Source: Syntrophales bacterium
GTDB lineage: Bacteria > Desulfobacterota > Syntrophia > Syntrophales > CG2-30-49-12
Reading direction: 5' to 3'
Length of the DNA: 64,000 bases
Assembly: GCA_030018935.1 (NCBI GenBank)
Contig: JASEGZ010000006.1
Span: 2,579 to 66,578 of the forward strand
The position numbers and the translations under genes were made by a program. Every line of letters starts with the position of its first letter. The stretch's first letter is position 1. Below the pieces are notes generated by a model. The model was not told the DNA's origin, did not search any database, and saw nothing but the letters and a program-made list of their open reading frames with translations. Positions 1 to 8,274 of the stretch are shown here, in pieces.

Positions 1-136
1 GAAAGAGTCTTCTCACGTCCCGGTCTGGATCCCGTAATGTGCACCCAACAGCGGCAAGGGCAGGGCAAACAAATCCTCCCATGAGGATGATAAGGATCAC
101 CAGAAATCCTATCCCTTTTCGCACATTTATCGTCAT
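1..136 (-). CDS. N-terminal fragment of an exported protein; the gene continues beyond the window start
   Basis: Minus-strand ATG at 136-134, then MTINVRKGIGFLVILIILMGGFVCPALAAVGC... This has a basic N-terminus, a hydrophobic core and an AxA-like cleavage site. It is too short in-window to appear in the ORF track. Confidence 0.35.
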   Translation of the reverse strand, partial: MTINVRKGIGFLVILIILMGGFVCPALAAVGCTLRDPDRDVRRLF

Positions 137-165
137 CTATGTTTTACAAAATAAGATGAACAAAG

Positions 166-1251
166 TTATTGACCATAATAATATAACTGAAAACCGAGAA
201 TATCTTCTTCTCCACCTAATCTGAGATTGAAGTCATGGATATAGTTGGCTCTTAAGGTAACTTCATTGGTCATTTTGTAAGATACCCCTAAAGTCATGGT
301 TGTATCATCAGAACCGCCTTTCTCCAGATCGTTAATAAATGATTTGATTTGGGCTTCAAGCTGCCATTTTTGATACTTAGGCACGGTATAATCTACTTCA
401 AAAAGACTGCTCAACACGTGACGGTCTTCATCCTTTCCATAAGCAATTTCCACCTTGAAGAGATATGGACGGTACAAATATTGGCTATCCAGGCCCACTC
501 TCTTCCGGAGGAGAGCCTCTTCAAAAAGATAATCACCAGTTCCAAACACTGACGGAAAAACACGCCCATAAAGGAGAGAAAAACCGTACTGGAAATTTTC
601 CGAGGAAGGTGTGCCGATCCTTCCGGACAGAAGGTAACTCCCGTCCTCTCTCGATATTTTCTCCATCCCTCCGGTACCAAGAGTAGCAGCAACTTCGTAA
701 TCAAATGAGGGGAGCGCGCCATTAACAGAGAACCCCCAATCCCGCTTAAAACCGATATTTTTTGAGGCCTGGGTTTGCAAAAGGGTAGGATGGGTATCTA
801 TAAGAGGCTCAAGGCCGAAAGGTACATCAAAGTGACCGATCTTAATATTTGATCTTCCATCATTTAATTTGAAATTAGCATAGGCATTATGGATTTCATA
901 CATGACTCTCCACTCGGTCGTAAGGGTGTCGTCCATTTTGTTCCGGTCAACATCGGTATTTAGATTGAAATTAGTTAGATTGAAATTAGCACTGGCATTC
1001 CTAAAAAGTTTTTTCCTGTGAATCATTATAGGGAATCTCACCTGCAGATCAGTTGTAACCCAATCACCATATTCCCCGGAAAAGATACGGAAATATTCAA
1101 ACCCCACAGAGTTGGCCGGATCTATCTCCCTGAATCTCAAGTTATCCCCATCAAATAGATATTCAGGAGAAAAAACAACTTCTTTATAAAAAAAGGATGA
1201 CTCATGGCTTTTTACTTTTTTCCCTTCATCTGTTGCCCAAGACCTGGGCAA
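166..1251 (-). CDS. putative outer-membrane beta-barrel (porin-like) protein without its own signal peptide
   Basis: The 361-aa ORF has an alternating beta-strand pattern and Y/F/G/N/D-rich turns (FSVNGALPSFDYEVAATLGTGG, LGVSYKMTNEVTLRANYIHDF). It is in the same frame as the upstream FadL-like ORF, separated only by one TGA (1305-1303) and 17 sense codons. Confidence 0.45.
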   Translation of the reverse strand: MPRSWATDEGKKVKSHESSFFYKEVVFSPEYLFDGDNLRFREIDPANSVGFEYFRIFSGEYGDWVTTDLQVRFPIMIHRKKLFRNASANFNLTNFNLNTDVDRNKMDDTLTTEWRVMYEIHNAYANFKLNDGRSNIKIGHFDVPFGLEPLIDTHPTLLQTQASKNIGFKRDWGFSVNGALPSFDYEVAATLGTGGMEKISREDGSYLLSGRIGTPSSENFQYGFSLLYGRVFPSVFGTGDYLFEEALLRKRVGLDSQYLYRPYLFKVEIAYGKDEDRHVLSSLFEVDYTVPKYQKWQLEAQIKSFINDLEKGGSDDTTMTLGVSYKMTNEVTLRANYIHDFNLRLGGEEDILGFQLYYYGQ

Positions 1252-1302
1252 TTCCTTACTTCCTCCGCCAAACTGGCGAGAGAAAGTAAAGGCAAGGTCA
1301 TA

Positions 1303-2610
1303 TCAGTTATGTTTCACGCCGGGATAGGGTTCTCCCCACGCGGTACCTACCATGAAGTCTAAATTCCATACATCCCATTGATAACCAAAGCCAATATTAG
1401 CATACTGGATGGGGTCTCCAATGATGGATGTAGCAAAACCTGCTGCTTCATTAGGTACCCCGGAGTCATCAGACATGTACCCTCCCCTTAGAGTTAAACG
1501 TTTATTGTACTTATACTCTAATCCGAAGCGATATGAATCGGCGGCAGACCAATCCGGATCTTTTACAATATCTTCTTTCAGCAAAGGCTCTTTTTTTTCA
1601 AGATGTAGATCTGCGAAGGGCCACTTAAATTTAGTCCAGTCAATCCTTTGCCAGTCAGCCGTCAAAGTGAGAGTTTGCGTCGGTTTATAAGCTATCCCCA
1701 CACCCCAGGAAGGAGGGTAGACGAACTCATGATAATAGTTGGTCTTTTGTTCAAGATCCATCATCGGTTGGCCATCAGGTCCGCGGATTGTGAACCAGGC
1801 ACCCAAATCACCGTTAACATCGAATTTGGCTCCGGTGCGGAAGATCGCTCCCAGGCTCCACTTGGGGGAAAATTTATATAAAAAACCTATCACGCCCTGC
1901 ACCCCCATTCCATCCGCTTCTGCGTCAATCCCGGAGCTGTAATCGGGTTGCCAGGAGACGTTTGAGTTCCTGTAATCCTTTTCAATATCTCCTTGTAACT
2001 TTAAATACACAAGGTCTAAACCGACACCCAGCGATAATTTGTCAGTAATCTTTTTTGCAATGGAAACATTAAAGTCCATAAGCATTACCATGAAGAAAAG
2101 GGATGCATCGATATCTGCATCCGTAGTGTCTTTTATCGTATCTTCCCACCTGCTATAGGCGCCGGCAATGGGGAAAGCGCCTACTCCAATGGTGTAATCA
2201 CCGAAATTTTTGTGTGCCGTGATAGCAGGCATGGCAGCAGCAAACGGCCAAAATTCCCTGTAATCATCAAACTGTTTGGGTTCGGTAGGATAGACTCGGC
2301 TAAAATAATCTCCTTTAGTCCAATCTTGCTCAGCCGGATCGAGGTTGCTTACAGAATTACGGTCCCGCAAGAAAGAGCTCATTGTGTAAAGACTAGCCGC
2401 GAACCCTGCCCCTTTTAATTGTGCAAGACCCGAGGGATTCCAGTGAACTGCAGATGAATCATCTGCTAATCCAGTGAACGCACCACCCATGGTCATTGCC
2501 CTTGTACCCACGCCTTCTACGTACATTCCGCTGGCCCTTGCCAACTCGAAAGTGAAAAAAAACATAAGAAGCGCCGAAATACCTACGCACAAAAATAGTT
2601 TCTTCATCAT
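1303..2610 (-). CDS. FadL/TodX-family outer-membrane hydrophobic-compound transport protein
   Basis: Signal peptide MMKKLFLCVGISALLMFFFTFELARA. Family-typical N-terminal motif GVGTRAMTMGGAFTGLADDSSAVHWNPSGLAQL. Beta-barrel-like composition throughout. Confidence 0.8.
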   Translation of the reverse strand: MMKKLFLCVGISALLMFFFTFELARASGMYVEGVGTRAMTMGGAFTGLADDSSAVHWNPSGLAQLKGAGFAASLYTMSSFLRDRNSVSNLDPAEQDWTKGDYFSRVYPTEPKQFDDYREFWPFAAAMPAITAHKNFGDYTIGVGAFPIAGAYSRWEDTIKDTTDADIDASLFFMVMLMDFNVSIAKKITDKLSLGVGLDLVYLKLQGDIEKDYRNSNVSWQPDYSSGIDAEADGMGVQGVIGFLYKFSPKWSLGAIFRTGAKFDVNGDLGAWFTIRGPDGQPMMDLEQKTNYYHEFVYPPSWGVGIAYKPTQTLTLTADWQRIDWTKFKWPFADLHLEKKEPLLKEDIVKDPDWSAADSYRFGLEYKYNKRLTLRGGYMSDDSGVPNEAAGFATSIIGDPIQYANIGFGYQWDVWNLDFMVGTAWGEPYPGVKHN

Positions 2611-2759
2611 TTTAATCCTCCTAAGGATAAAAAGATAATTTGAGCCTGTTCAATACTACTATCAATCTCAAAAAAGGAATTTCTTATACAATACACTAAG
2701 GGGAGAGGGGATTGAAAAATTACCCACTCAAGATGAGAAAGAGCCAACTTTTTAATGTT

Positions 2760-3821
2760 CTACATCTCTTCTTCTATCCGGAACTCCCAGCTACACCACA
2801 CATCCTCTGGATGACTGTCAGGTGGGCATACCAAACACCTCATCTTCAGTTTTGGGTCTATTGTCTCGGCGAACTTTTTAAACAGGGCTACTCCCACCGG
2901 TTTACAGGGAAATTCTCCTCTTTTGTCTCTTATCCTTGCCTTTTGGGGGGTACAATCTGTTACATTAAATACTACCCTCTCATTCGTAACCTCAGGGAAT
3001 TCGTAATCCATACCTGGAACCCATATCTGAAAATTGAGGGCCTTTGCAAGGGCCGGGATACCACCCCCTTCGGCAATATTAAGTACCCTCTTGAGCCTTC
3101 GTGCCTCTGTCACACCGTATCTTTCCCATATCTTTATGTCTATATCTATAGCCGTATCAAGGTCAAACCGTTCTTCAATATCGATGAACCACAGACCATC
3201 TATAGTAATTATATTCTTAGAATACATCTTTATTAGTTCTACAAGTATTCCTTCTGGAAGATCGAAGTAATCAATTTTGGCCTCCCCCTTAATTTCTGTA
3301 GTAGGTTCATCTTTGAGCCGGAACTTCCAGCTACACCATACATCCTCTGGATGCTCATCAGGGGGACACATTAAACACTCCATTTCTAATCTAGGATCAA
3401 TTGCCTTTGCAAAAGGAGCAAATAGGGCTTCTCCAACAGGTTTGCACTTAAACTCTGGTCTGTTATTTCTTATCCGTGCCCTTTGGACAGTGCAATCAGT
3501 TACATTGAATACTACGCTCTTCTCCGTAACCTCAGGGAATTCGTAATCCATACCTGGAACCCATATCTGAAAATTGAGGGCCTTTGCAAGGGCGGGAATA
3601 CCCCCATCAGTGATATGCAATGCCTTCTTTATTCTCCTCGCCTCTGTTGCACCATATCTCTCCCAGACTTTTGTGTCTATCTCTATTGCCGTATCCAACC
3701 CGAATTTCTCCTCCACATTCACGAACCATAACCCATCGACAGTCATGGAATTTTTAGAATAGGTCTTTAAAAGATCGACGAGAGTTTTTTTTGGGAGCCC
3801 CATTAAATCAATCTTTGCCAT
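2760..3821 (-). CDS. uncharacterised protein made of two tandem ~180-aa repeats, each with a conserved 5-Cys motif
   Basis: Both halves share DGLWF..EE.F.LDTAI.ID.K.WERYG.TEARR...GGIPALAKALNFQIWVPGMDYEFPEVT...VFNVTDCT.Q.ARIR..R.EF.CKPVG..LF..FA..IDP.L.M.CL.CPPD.HPEDVWCSW.FR. The DNA period is exactly 540 nt. Confidence 0.7.
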   Translation of the reverse strand: MAKIDLMGLPKKTLVDLLKTYSKNSMTVDGLWFVNVEEKFGLDTAIEIDTKVWERYGATEARRIKKALHITDGGIPALAKALNFQIWVPGMDYEFPEVTEKSVVFNVTDCTVQRARIRNNRPEFKCKPVGEALFAPFAKAIDPRLEMECLMCPPDEHPEDVWCSWKFRLKDEPTTEIKGEAKIDYFDLPEGILVELIKMYSKNIITIDGLWFIDIEERFDLDTAIDIDIKIWERYGVTEARRLKRVLNIAEGGGIPALAKALNFQIWVPGMDYEFPEVTNERVVFNVTDCTPQKARIRDKRGEFPCKPVGVALFKKFAETIDPKLKMRCLVCPPDSHPEDVWCSWEFRIEEEM

Positions 3822-3983
3822 TTAAGTGCCTCCTTAAATGAATAATCACTTACCTCATATCTTTTTTATTGATCATTGATTATCTGTAACCTAAATCTGG
3901 TTTTGTCAAAAGTCTTTAAACAAAAATGCCTAAAACTCTTGATTTTTAATATGTTGTGTATATTTTACTTACCTCCCCCCTAT

Positions 3984-4007
3984 GGTAGGACAGGCGTCTC
4001 GCCTGTC
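3984..4007. repeat. REP-like hairpin (GTAG head plus palindrome), left copy flanking the RAYT remnant
   Basis: ggtaggacaggcgtctcgcctgtc. Stem gacaggcg/cgcctgtc. It is the exact reverse complement of 4313-4336. Confidence 0.75.
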
Positions 4008-4312
4008 ATGTTATCGGTGTCTATCCAGCCTTGTATGTATAACCACTTGTAATCTCCGTATTCTCTTGATAAATTCGCCTTCATAGGATTATTCGCTATA
4101 TAGCCAAGCTTCTCCAAAAATTCCCCTTCATCCCTTATAACCCTGTCATAGTTCTCATCTTGCCATACTTTGCCCTTTCTATCTGATATTTTGTTAATCT
4201 GATGTGCACTAAAGCTTTTGATACTGTGCATTATTTTTGGTAATGCATCCATAGGGTTTATTATCATATGAACATGATCATTTAATACAACAACAGCAAA
4301 GAGTTCATATCT

Positions 4313-4336
4313 GACAGGCGAGACGCCTGTCCTACC
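4313..4336. repeat. REP-like hairpin, right copy (inverted) flanking the RAYT remnant
   Basis: gacaggcgagacgcctgtcctacc, the reverse complement of 3984-4007. Confidence 0.75.
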
Positions 4337-4460
4337 GGAATTGATAAACTTTCATCTTTTATATCAACTTCCCTTTTTTTCATAAAACTTTTGACAATAT
4401 CGCAAATGCGGTGTACCCCTGGTAATCGGAAATGATCAGGGCCATTGATTGCAATACTCA

Positions 4461-5000
4461 TTACCGGAGCATCTTTTCTCTCTTGTCCAGTTGAATCTCC
4501 AAATTTTTTAAGAGCTGGATATCTTTCCTCAGTTGTTCATTCTCCTGACGGAGTTTCGTCATCTCCGCCTGGAACTTATCGTCCAGCAACCGAATCTCCC
4601 TCTTCAACTGTTCATTCTCCCCACGAAGTCTCCCTATATCAGCATCGGCCTTTTCGATCAGCTTCCGATCGGAGACATTTTTCGCCTTACATAATTGCAT
4701 CTCATCAATGAGACGGAGCAAAACCTCAGACAGACTACGCCATTTACTCTCAGGATGCACCTTCAGTAATGCATCAAATGCTGATCTGGCCTTCGTATAG
4801 TCAGCCATCTGCTCAAGACCACCTAAATAAAACATCCCCTCATTAAAGAGGGCTGAGTCTGTTTTTTCTTTTAACGGAGAAATGATGCCCGGAGGAGATG
4901 TCCTATCAATAGGGGGGGGTAAAGTATGGGCACAGGCTCCCAAGAGGACAATAAACAGCCAGAGGATAAAATTCTGTATTCTCTTCATATAGCAGCCCAT
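4461..5000 (-). CDS. lipoprotein with a TPR-like N-terminal part and a C-terminal coiled coil
   Basis: Lipobox LLGAC after a hydrophobic leader (MKRIQNFILWLFIVLLGAC). Heptad-rich C-terminus (LRGENEQLKREIRLLDDKFQAEMTKLRQENEQLRKDIQLLKNLE). Confidence 0.6.
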   Translation of the reverse strand: MGCYMKRIQNFILWLFIVLLGACAHTLPPPIDRTSPPGIISPLKEKTDSALFNEGMFYLGGLEQMADYTKARSAFDALLKVHPESKWRSLSEVLLRLIDEMQLCKAKNVSDRKLIEKADADIGRLRGENEQLKREIRLLDDKFQAEMTKLRQENEQLRKDIQLLKNLEIQLDKREKMLR

Positions 5001-5004
5001 TGCT

Positions 5005-6354
5005 TTAAGTATCTCTGTTCTCTTTATCTATGTCTTCCTGCTTAACACAGTTACTGCCCGGTAGTTCTTTCGCATACTCCTTTAACTCTGCAGCCGCCAT
5101 CGCCATTTCGAGAGGACTTTTAAAACGTCTCCCATCGTCGGTCACGATGGCAACGGTCAAGGTAATGAGGGGGAATTTTTGTTGGGTACCCCTCCTGTCT
5201 CTCCCCATAATAAATCCATTCAGTCTGTCTTCTTCACGGTAAAACTTTAAAATACGGCGATCAAAATCTGCGATAAGTTGCCTGCTCAGGTGTTCTGCCC
5301 GCCCGGGTTCGGAAATAATCACAAAATCATCTCCACCAATGTGGCCGATGAATGCGTCTTCCTGGTCCTGACCTGATGTCCCACGATGGCTCATCAGGAT
5401 ATCGGCTACTTCTTTGATGACCTCACTACCCCATGCATATCCATATTTATCGGCAAAAGGTTTAAAATTATCAAGATCAACATGGCAGAGGGAAAACACA
5501 ATTTTTTCTGACAGCCGTCTTTCAATCTCTCTCTCGATCGCCATATTGCCAGGAAGACCGGTCAATGGGCTCGCATCAAGGTTTAGAACCTCAAGCGCCT
5601 TGAGACGTTCACCCATAATAAGAAAAGCGCGGGCCAGGCTGCCAATTGCATCCGGGTGGTTCATGTTGAAGCTATGATCAAACTGCCCCTCAGCAATAAG
5701 AGCCGTTGCCCTTTCTAACTTCCTGAGGGGCCTGGCAATATTATAGGTAATGAGTAGGGCAAGAGAAAATCCTACAATGAGGCTTACCGAACTGAGAATA
5801 ACTGTTATCCTGGATGCCTCTATACTCTGTGCCTTAATCAGGTTCATCCGGGTATCAATGCTCTTTTGGGCATTCCTCTCGATAGCATGTAGAGACGAAG
5901 CTATAGCTTCTATGTTTTTTTTCCCGGAATTCTCCGACAGGGTGTTGGCTTCTTCGGTAAGATTTTCCTGAATTAGCGATATCTCCCGGGAAAAGATATT
6001 GCCATACCGCTCGTGCAGCAACGATACCCGGGATAGCGTCTTCTCCTGGCCGCCAATCCGATTTTTTTCGAGAGCCTTCAGGCTTTCCTTAAATTCTCTA
6101 CTTCGTGTCCAGAATATCGCGGCAAGGGAAGGATCTTTAAGGATAAGATATTTCTTTTCCACACTTTCCTGGGCGAGAAGGGTATCTATCATCTTCTTAC
6201 TGGTATCCAGGACGATAAAATCATGGGTGATGATGGCATAGGCCAATTTATTGAGATTTTGCAGACTTATAAAGGCATAGGCACTTGCCACCACGGTCAA
6301 CAAGGCCATGGCCAGATAACTTAAAAGCAACTTGGTGTTTATTGTCAGCTTCAT
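5005..6354 (-). CDS. membrane sensor with HAMP and GGDEF-type (GGDDF) diguanylate cyclase domains
   Basis: N-terminal TM segment, a second TM followed by HAMP (ARPLRKLERATALIAEGQF), then TGLPGN...VDLDNFKPFADKYGYAWGSEV...IGGDDFVII. Confidence 0.8.
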   Translation of the reverse strand: MKLTINTKLLLSYLAMALLTVVASAYAFISLQNLNKLAYAIITHDFIVLDTSKKMIDTLLAQESVEKKYLILKDPSLAAIFWTRSREFKESLKALEKNRIGGQEKTLSRVSLLHERYGNIFSREISLIQENLTEEANTLSENSGKKNIEAIASSLHAIERNAQKSIDTRMNLIKAQSIEASRITVILSSVSLIVGFSLALLITYNIARPLRKLERATALIAEGQFDHSFNMNHPDAIGSLARAFLIMGERLKALEVLNLDASPLTGLPGNMAIEREIERRLSEKIVFSLCHVDLDNFKPFADKYGYAWGSEVIKEVADILMSHRGTSGQDQEDAFIGHIGGDDFVIISEPGRAEHLSRQLIADFDRRILKFYREEDRLNGFIMGRDRRGTQQKFPLITLTVAIVTDDGRRFKSPLEMAMAAAELKEYAKELPGSNCVKQEDIDKENRDT

Positions 6355-6375
6355 TCCTTCTACAGATACACACCT

Positions 6376-7818
6376 CTAACCCTTGATACACCCAAGGGAA
6401 CGCAGCCTCGCCACCTTTTTAGAGATACCAGCTTCGTGTACCACATGGACAACCTGATCCAAATTCTTATATGCCTCCGGTATCTCCTCCCGCAGGGTCC
6501 CCTTCCCGCTGGCCATGACGATGATACCCTTTGCAGCCATCTCTTTTGCAATTGATCTGCCGCTGCTTGCCTTTGTGGCCTGGTTACGGCTCATCACTCG
6601 CCCGGCGCCATGACAGGTACTCCCAAAGGTATCATTAAATGCCTTATCTGTACCAACCAGCACGTAGGAACCTGTCCCCATATCTCCCGGTATCAAGACA
6701 GGTTGCCCCCATTTGATATACCGCTCCGGCAGTGATGGGTGACCAGGGGGAAAGGCCCGTGTGGCACCCTTCCGATGGACACAGAGTTTTACCTGTTTTT
6801 CGTCTACAGGAAACGTCTCGATCTTGGCAATATTATGACAGACATCGTAGAGCAGACGCATCCCGATCTCGCGGGGACTTTTGTGGAGGACCCTTTCAAA
6901 TGTTTCTCTTGTCCAGTGCATCAACATCTGCCTGTTGGCCCAGGCATAATTGGCGGCACAGGCCATGGCGGAAAGATAATCCCTGCCCTCAGCCGAATTC
7001 AGATAGGCACAGGCCAGTTGTCTGTCGGGAAGGGAAAGCCCCAACTCACCGCTATGCTTTACCATCCTTGCCAGGTAATCATCACAGACCTGATAACCAA
7101 GGCCACGGGAGCCGCTGTGAATAAGGACCGCGATCTGATCTTTTTCGAGTCCGAAGGCAGCAGCAATAGTCTTGTCAAATATCTCTTCCACAATCTCAAT
7201 CTCGAGAAAATGATTCCCTGAACCGAGAGTACCGAGCTGTTCTCGCCCCCGTTCCAATGCCTTTGTACTGACCTTTTCCGGGTCAGCCCCTTCCATCCTC
7301 CCCCCGTCTTCCGTTGCCGTGAGATCATCAGGTGTGCCATATCCCTGATCTACAGCCCATTTTGCCCCTTCCTCCAGGACCTTTTTCTCCTCCCTTTCGG
7401 AAAGCTTAAGGACACCTCTTGATCCGACACCAGTGGGAATATCCCGAAATAGGGTGACCACCAGTTCCTTAAGACAATCCTGTATATCATCAAGGCTAAG
7501 CCGGGTTGTCATCAGCCGGCAGCCACAGTTGATATCGTAGCCTACCCCACCCGGAGATATAATCCCCTCTTCCATACAAAAAGCTGCGACCCCCCCTATG
7601 GGAAACCCATAACCCCAGTGCATATCAGGCATGGCAAGAGAATACTTAACAATTCCCGGTAGATGTGCTACATTTGCTACCTGTTTCGGGCTCTCCCCTG
7701 CGCCCATTTCTCTGATAAGCTCCTCGCTTGAATAAATGATTCCCGGGACCCTCATTCCTCCGACCGGTGTAATCATCCAGCGATATTCGTCTATCCTCTT
7801 CAGCACAATATCAGACAT
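6376..7818 (-). CDS. rtcB: RNA-splicing ligase RtcB
   Basis: Motifs GSGNHFLEIE, HSGSRGLGYQV and CHGAGR, with a length typical of RtcB. Confidence 0.95.
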   Translation of the reverse strand: MSDIVLKRIDEYRWMITPVGGMRVPGIIYSSEELIREMGAGESPKQVANVAHLPGIVKYSLAMPDMHWGYGFPIGGVAAFCMEEGIISPGGVGYDINCGCRLMTTRLSLDDIQDCLKELVVTLFRDIPTGVGSRGVLKLSEREEKKVLEEGAKWAVDQGYGTPDDLTATEDGGRMEGADPEKVSTKALERGREQLGTLGSGNHFLEIEIVEEIFDKTIAAAFGLEKDQIAVLIHSGSRGLGYQVCDDYLARMVKHSGELGLSLPDRQLACAYLNSAEGRDYLSAMACAANYAWANRQMLMHWTRETFERVLHKSPREIGMRLLYDVCHNIAKIETFPVDEKQVKLCVHRKGATRAFPPGHPSLPERYIKWGQPVLIPGDMGTGSYVLVGTDKAFNDTFGSTCHGAGRVMSRNQATKASSGRSIAKEMAAKGIIVMASGKGTLREEIPEAYKNLDQVVHVVHEAGISKKVARLRSLGCIKG

Positions 7819-8227
7819 CGAAAACTACCCTTCCGACCCATCCTTCCCCATTTTCTCTAATCAATGCCTGGTGATAGGTCACGGCCTTGATTTCCGTTTT
7901 TATCCTGTGCCTGTTAGGCTCAAAAGGTTCTCCCCTCACCTCCCCCATTAGGTGATGAGGGTTTATTTCCGCAATTGCATAATCGCTAAGGATCAGACCC
8001 TCTCCATTGAATAGATAAAGGACATCTCGTAGATAGTTTACCAGGAGATCCTCCCAGTCTGCTCCCTCAGTGACGATTGCCCGTACCTCGGTTATCTTGA
8101 CATCTTGCAGATCTGTCATCAGATCGAAGATGGCAAAGGCGGCATTGACAAAAAGTTCCTCCACGGTTTTGCCATATATCTCCACCCCTAAATCCGCCGT
8201 ATGGTCAAACACCCTGTACCTCTTCAT
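7811..8227 (-). CDS. archease (RtcB activator)
   Basis: The N-terminus MKRYRVFDHTADLGVEIYG is archease-typical. The gene overlaps the rtcB start by 8 nt. Confidence 0.85.
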   Translation of the reverse strand: MKRYRVFDHTADLGVEIYGKTVEELFVNAAFAIFDLMTDLQDVKITEVRAIVTEGADWEDLLVNYLRDVLYLFNGEGLILSDYAIAEINPHHLMGEVRGEPFEPNRHRIKTEIKAVTYHQALIRENGEGWVGRVVFDV

Positions 8228-8242
8228 GTTCTGAGACCTTTG

Positions 8243-8274
8243 AAAAAAAGGCGCAGGCTAAAGCCTGCGGCTAC
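8243..8274 (-). terminator. GTAG-REP hairpin acting as a rho-independent terminator after gyrA
   Basis: The minus strand reads GTAGCCGCAGGCTTTAGCCTGCGCC followed by TTTTTTT. The TAG of the GTAG head is the gyrA stop codon. Confidence 0.65.

Larger units (their letters stand above)
3980..4338 (-). pseudogene. 5'-truncated REP-associated tyrosine transposase (RAYT, IS200/IS605 Y1 HUH family)
   Basis: The frame reads ...YELFAVVVLNDHVHMIINP... (HUH motif HVH) and ...LGYIANNPMKANL (catalytic-Tyr helix). The ~50 N-terminal residues typical of the family are missing and the frame runs into the flanking REP hairpin with no start codon. The only ATG (4267) lies after the HUH motif. Confidence 0.7.

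Noticed and set aside
1303-1305. Selenocysteine or an alternative genetic code (UGA as a sense codon) at the FadL-like stop
   Set aside because: Many well-supported genes in the window terminate with TGA, including ATGA overlaps. No Sec-utilising family is involved, and I saw no convincing SECIS-type hairpin directly downstream. It is retained only as a low-probability alternative in the corresponding finding.
6376-8227. RtcB-archease pair as a novel system
   Set aside because: This is a well-known functional pair (an RNA ligase and its activator). Nothing in the sequence or arrangement is unusual apart from its position next to gyrA.
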